From Eledone cirrhosa (lineage: Eukaryota), in the NCBI GenBank assembly GCA_964016885.1, contig OZ024748.1:4278001-4342000 (forward strand): 64,000 bases of DNA, written 5' to 3'. Shown here one piece after another: positions 60,522 through 64,000 of the stretch. The number at the start of each line of letters is the position of its first letter. Within the stretch, counting starts at the first letter, position 1. Position numbers and translations under genes: made by a program. The notes beneath the pieces are model-generated. The model was not told where the DNA came from, searched no databases, and saw only the letters and a program-made list of their open reading frames with translations.

Positions 60522-61071
60522 ACTGCGGCCATGCTGGATCAATCTATCACCCAATTTTCAGAGATTTTAGTCTAGACCCCAAAATATATTCTCGAATTTC
60601 TTTGTGTGTGTGTGTGTGTGTGTAAGGAAGTCATCTGCACGATATACAATAGTCAATAGAGGGTTAATACATATACTAACACGAAGACAACGCCGACTAC
60701 CCCCCCCCCCCCCACACACACACACACTCACACACCACCACCACCACCACCAACACCACCACCTCCACCATCACCGCCACCAACACCACTACGAACCACA
60801 GCTTCACGTTGCCCTAATATTAACAGAGAAAGCTCGTAGACAAAAAACAAATGTGTGTAAAATTCCGTCTGTTGGATTGTACTGGACTGTTGTGTCCTCA
60901 AGCTGTGATTGAAAGATTTAATCTTTACTTAAGTTGACAAGGTTAAGGGTAGACTTGTCTGTGGATGTTACTTCCACTATAATATCACAAGTAGGTTGTT
61001 GCCGTTCACTGATTCCACTATACATCGAGTGCTCACTCTGTTGAACCTACACTAACTGGACGTTACAATCC

Positions 61072-61650
<579 letters not shown>

Positions 61651-61773
61651 ATATATATAAATATTAAATCAATGAAATTAAACAAAAAACGGTTAATTCA
61701 TAGTTAAACTCATTATTTTACGATCGTTTCTGGGGTGTAGTTCTCCGTATGTCCATTCCATTATTGATCTACG

Positions 61774-61839
<66 letters not shown>

Positions 61840-62343
61840 CCTCAAGGGCGGTGCCCCAGCATGCCTTCAGTCGGATGGCTGGAACAGGTAAAAGAGCAAA
61901 AGAGTATATATATATAGGGATTGTAAAGAGTATATATAAAGGGATTGTATCCTTAAGTAAAGAGGTGTAGAATTAAGCAGGGTGTAATAATACATTTTAA
62001 AATAACTGTAGTGTTGTTGTTTGAAATAAATTTATTTACGATTTTTTTGATTTTGTGAGGAAATTGTAAAGAAAGATAGGAAAAAAAGTAACGTGCAAAG
62101 ATGGTCGGAACAAAGAGACAAAATGTGTGTGTACATGTGTGTGAGTGTGTACATATGTGTGTGTGAGTATGTGTGTGTGTGTGACAGAGAGAGAGAGGGG
62201 GGGGGGGGAGACAAGAGGAGGTAAGAGGAATAGAAGAGTCAATGGATAATGACAAGGTACAACAGAATATGTCAACATAATACTTTTGATAAGATCTGTT
62301 AGTCTCTGGCTTGACTGTTGCTGTATGTATGTATATATATGTA

Positions 62344-62411
<68 letters not shown>

Positions 62412-62556
62412 TTTTTTCCTCAAAGCTCCAGGCCACTGCAGGACGTCGTTCACAGACGCACCCTATCACGCACAACCACACACATACATAGACACAAACA
62501 CACATACACAAATATACACACCTACACAAACAGATGAATATATAAATAGATAAACG

Positions 62557-62587
<31 letters not shown>

Positions 62588-62593
62588 AATCTC

Positions 62594-62675
<82 letters not shown>

Positions 62676-62858
62676 GTTTGAATCGAAGCTGTAGCCGCAA
62701 TATAGCAGGTACGAATCGAGTTGTTTGAGAGCCACAAAGCACTCGATGGGGCGAGAAGTTAATATATTACCGTCGAGATTAAACACAAAGTTAAGAAAGT
62801 GTGACACTAAGAAAAATAACCAAATGCAGTGGCCATACGTATTTCACAATCTCCCCCC

Positions 62859-62891
<33 letters not shown>

Positions 62892-62893
62892 CA

Positions 62894-62943
<50 letters not shown>

Positions 62944-63237
62944 TTGTATATTTGGTGTGGGATGCTTAAAGCGTCCGTAAGCGGTATGCCGTTTGAGCAC
63001 TCGATGCTCTTACAGAGCAGAGTATAATATATATATGGTGGTAGTGGTGGTGGTTGTTGTGGTGTGTGGCAGTTTAGGAAACCTAGGTTCTCTAGGCATA
63101 TCCTTTTAATGGCGGTGCCACAGCATGGCCTTATGCTGTCGGCTGGAACACTAAATAGAGTACAACAATAATAGAAGTAATAGAAGCAACTTATATATAA
63201 ATACAGTGAAAGAGTAAATAAATATATAAAATATATA

Positions 63238-64000
63238 CACCGCCACAACCAGCACCACCATAACCACCATAACCACCATAACCACCACCATCATCACCAC
63301 CACAGCCAACACCACCGTAACCACCACCACCACCACCACCACCAGAGCCAACACCACCATAACCACCATAACCACCACCACCACCATCATCACCACCACG
63401 GCCAACACCACCGTAACCACCACCACCACAACCACCACCAGAGCCAACACCACCGTAACCACCACTACCACCACCACCACCACCATCACTACCACAGCCA
63501 ACACCACCATAACCACCATAACCACTACCACCACCACCATCACCACTACCACCATAACCACCATAACCACCACCACCACCACCATCGCCACCGCCACAAC
63601 CAGCACCACCATAACCACCACCATCACCACCACCACCACCGCAGCCAACACCACCATAACCACCATAACCACCACCACCACCACTACCACCACAGCCAAC
63701 ACCAACATACCACCATAACCTCCACCACCATCACCACCACCATCACCACCAACACAGCCAACACCACCATAACCACCATAACCACCACCACCATCACCAC
63801 TACCACCACAGCCAACACCACCATAACCACCATAACCTCCACCACCACCACCACTACCACAGCCAACACCACCATAACCACCACCACCACCACCATAACC
63901 ACCATAACCACCACCACCACCATCACCACCACCACCATAACCACCATAACCACCACCACCACCACCACCACCACTACCACAGCCAACACCACCATAACCA
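63238..64000. repeat. CAC-rich minisatellite (ACAGCCAACACCACCATAACC units)
   Basis: Read directly from the sequence. Runs off the end of the window. Confidence 0.9.

Overview
This is eukaryotic, extremely microsatellite-rich non-coding DNA ((TA)n, (CA)n, (GA)n, (CATA)n, (CAC)n, (TAG)n). The repeat style and SINE sequences suggest a cephalopod (Octopus-like) genome, which is my inference. I can support no intact host gene, and almost all ORFs in the track are translated microsatellites. Islands between the microsatellites are transposon debris: two tRNA-derived SINE families, RTE, R4/Dong-like and CRE-like non-LTR fragments, mariner remnants, hAT and TcMar MITEs and a non-autonomous Helitron. 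The main signal is a set of at least six unrelated short element families, most inserted in (TA)n, that carry type-I hammerhead ribozyme (HHR) folds of the Penelope-like (PLE) pLTR/retrozyme kind, several with AATAAA just downstream. They include a canonical HHR (52298-52382), a family with a fixed variant core CAGAAGA (33984-34059), and a family with a covarying helix I and a 61-62 nt atypical domain II (8926-9019, 44660-44752). Many copies are palindromes whose fold-back point lies inside a ribozyme helix. Three families also share a bulged stem-loop. All structures were folded by eye and none has been tested.
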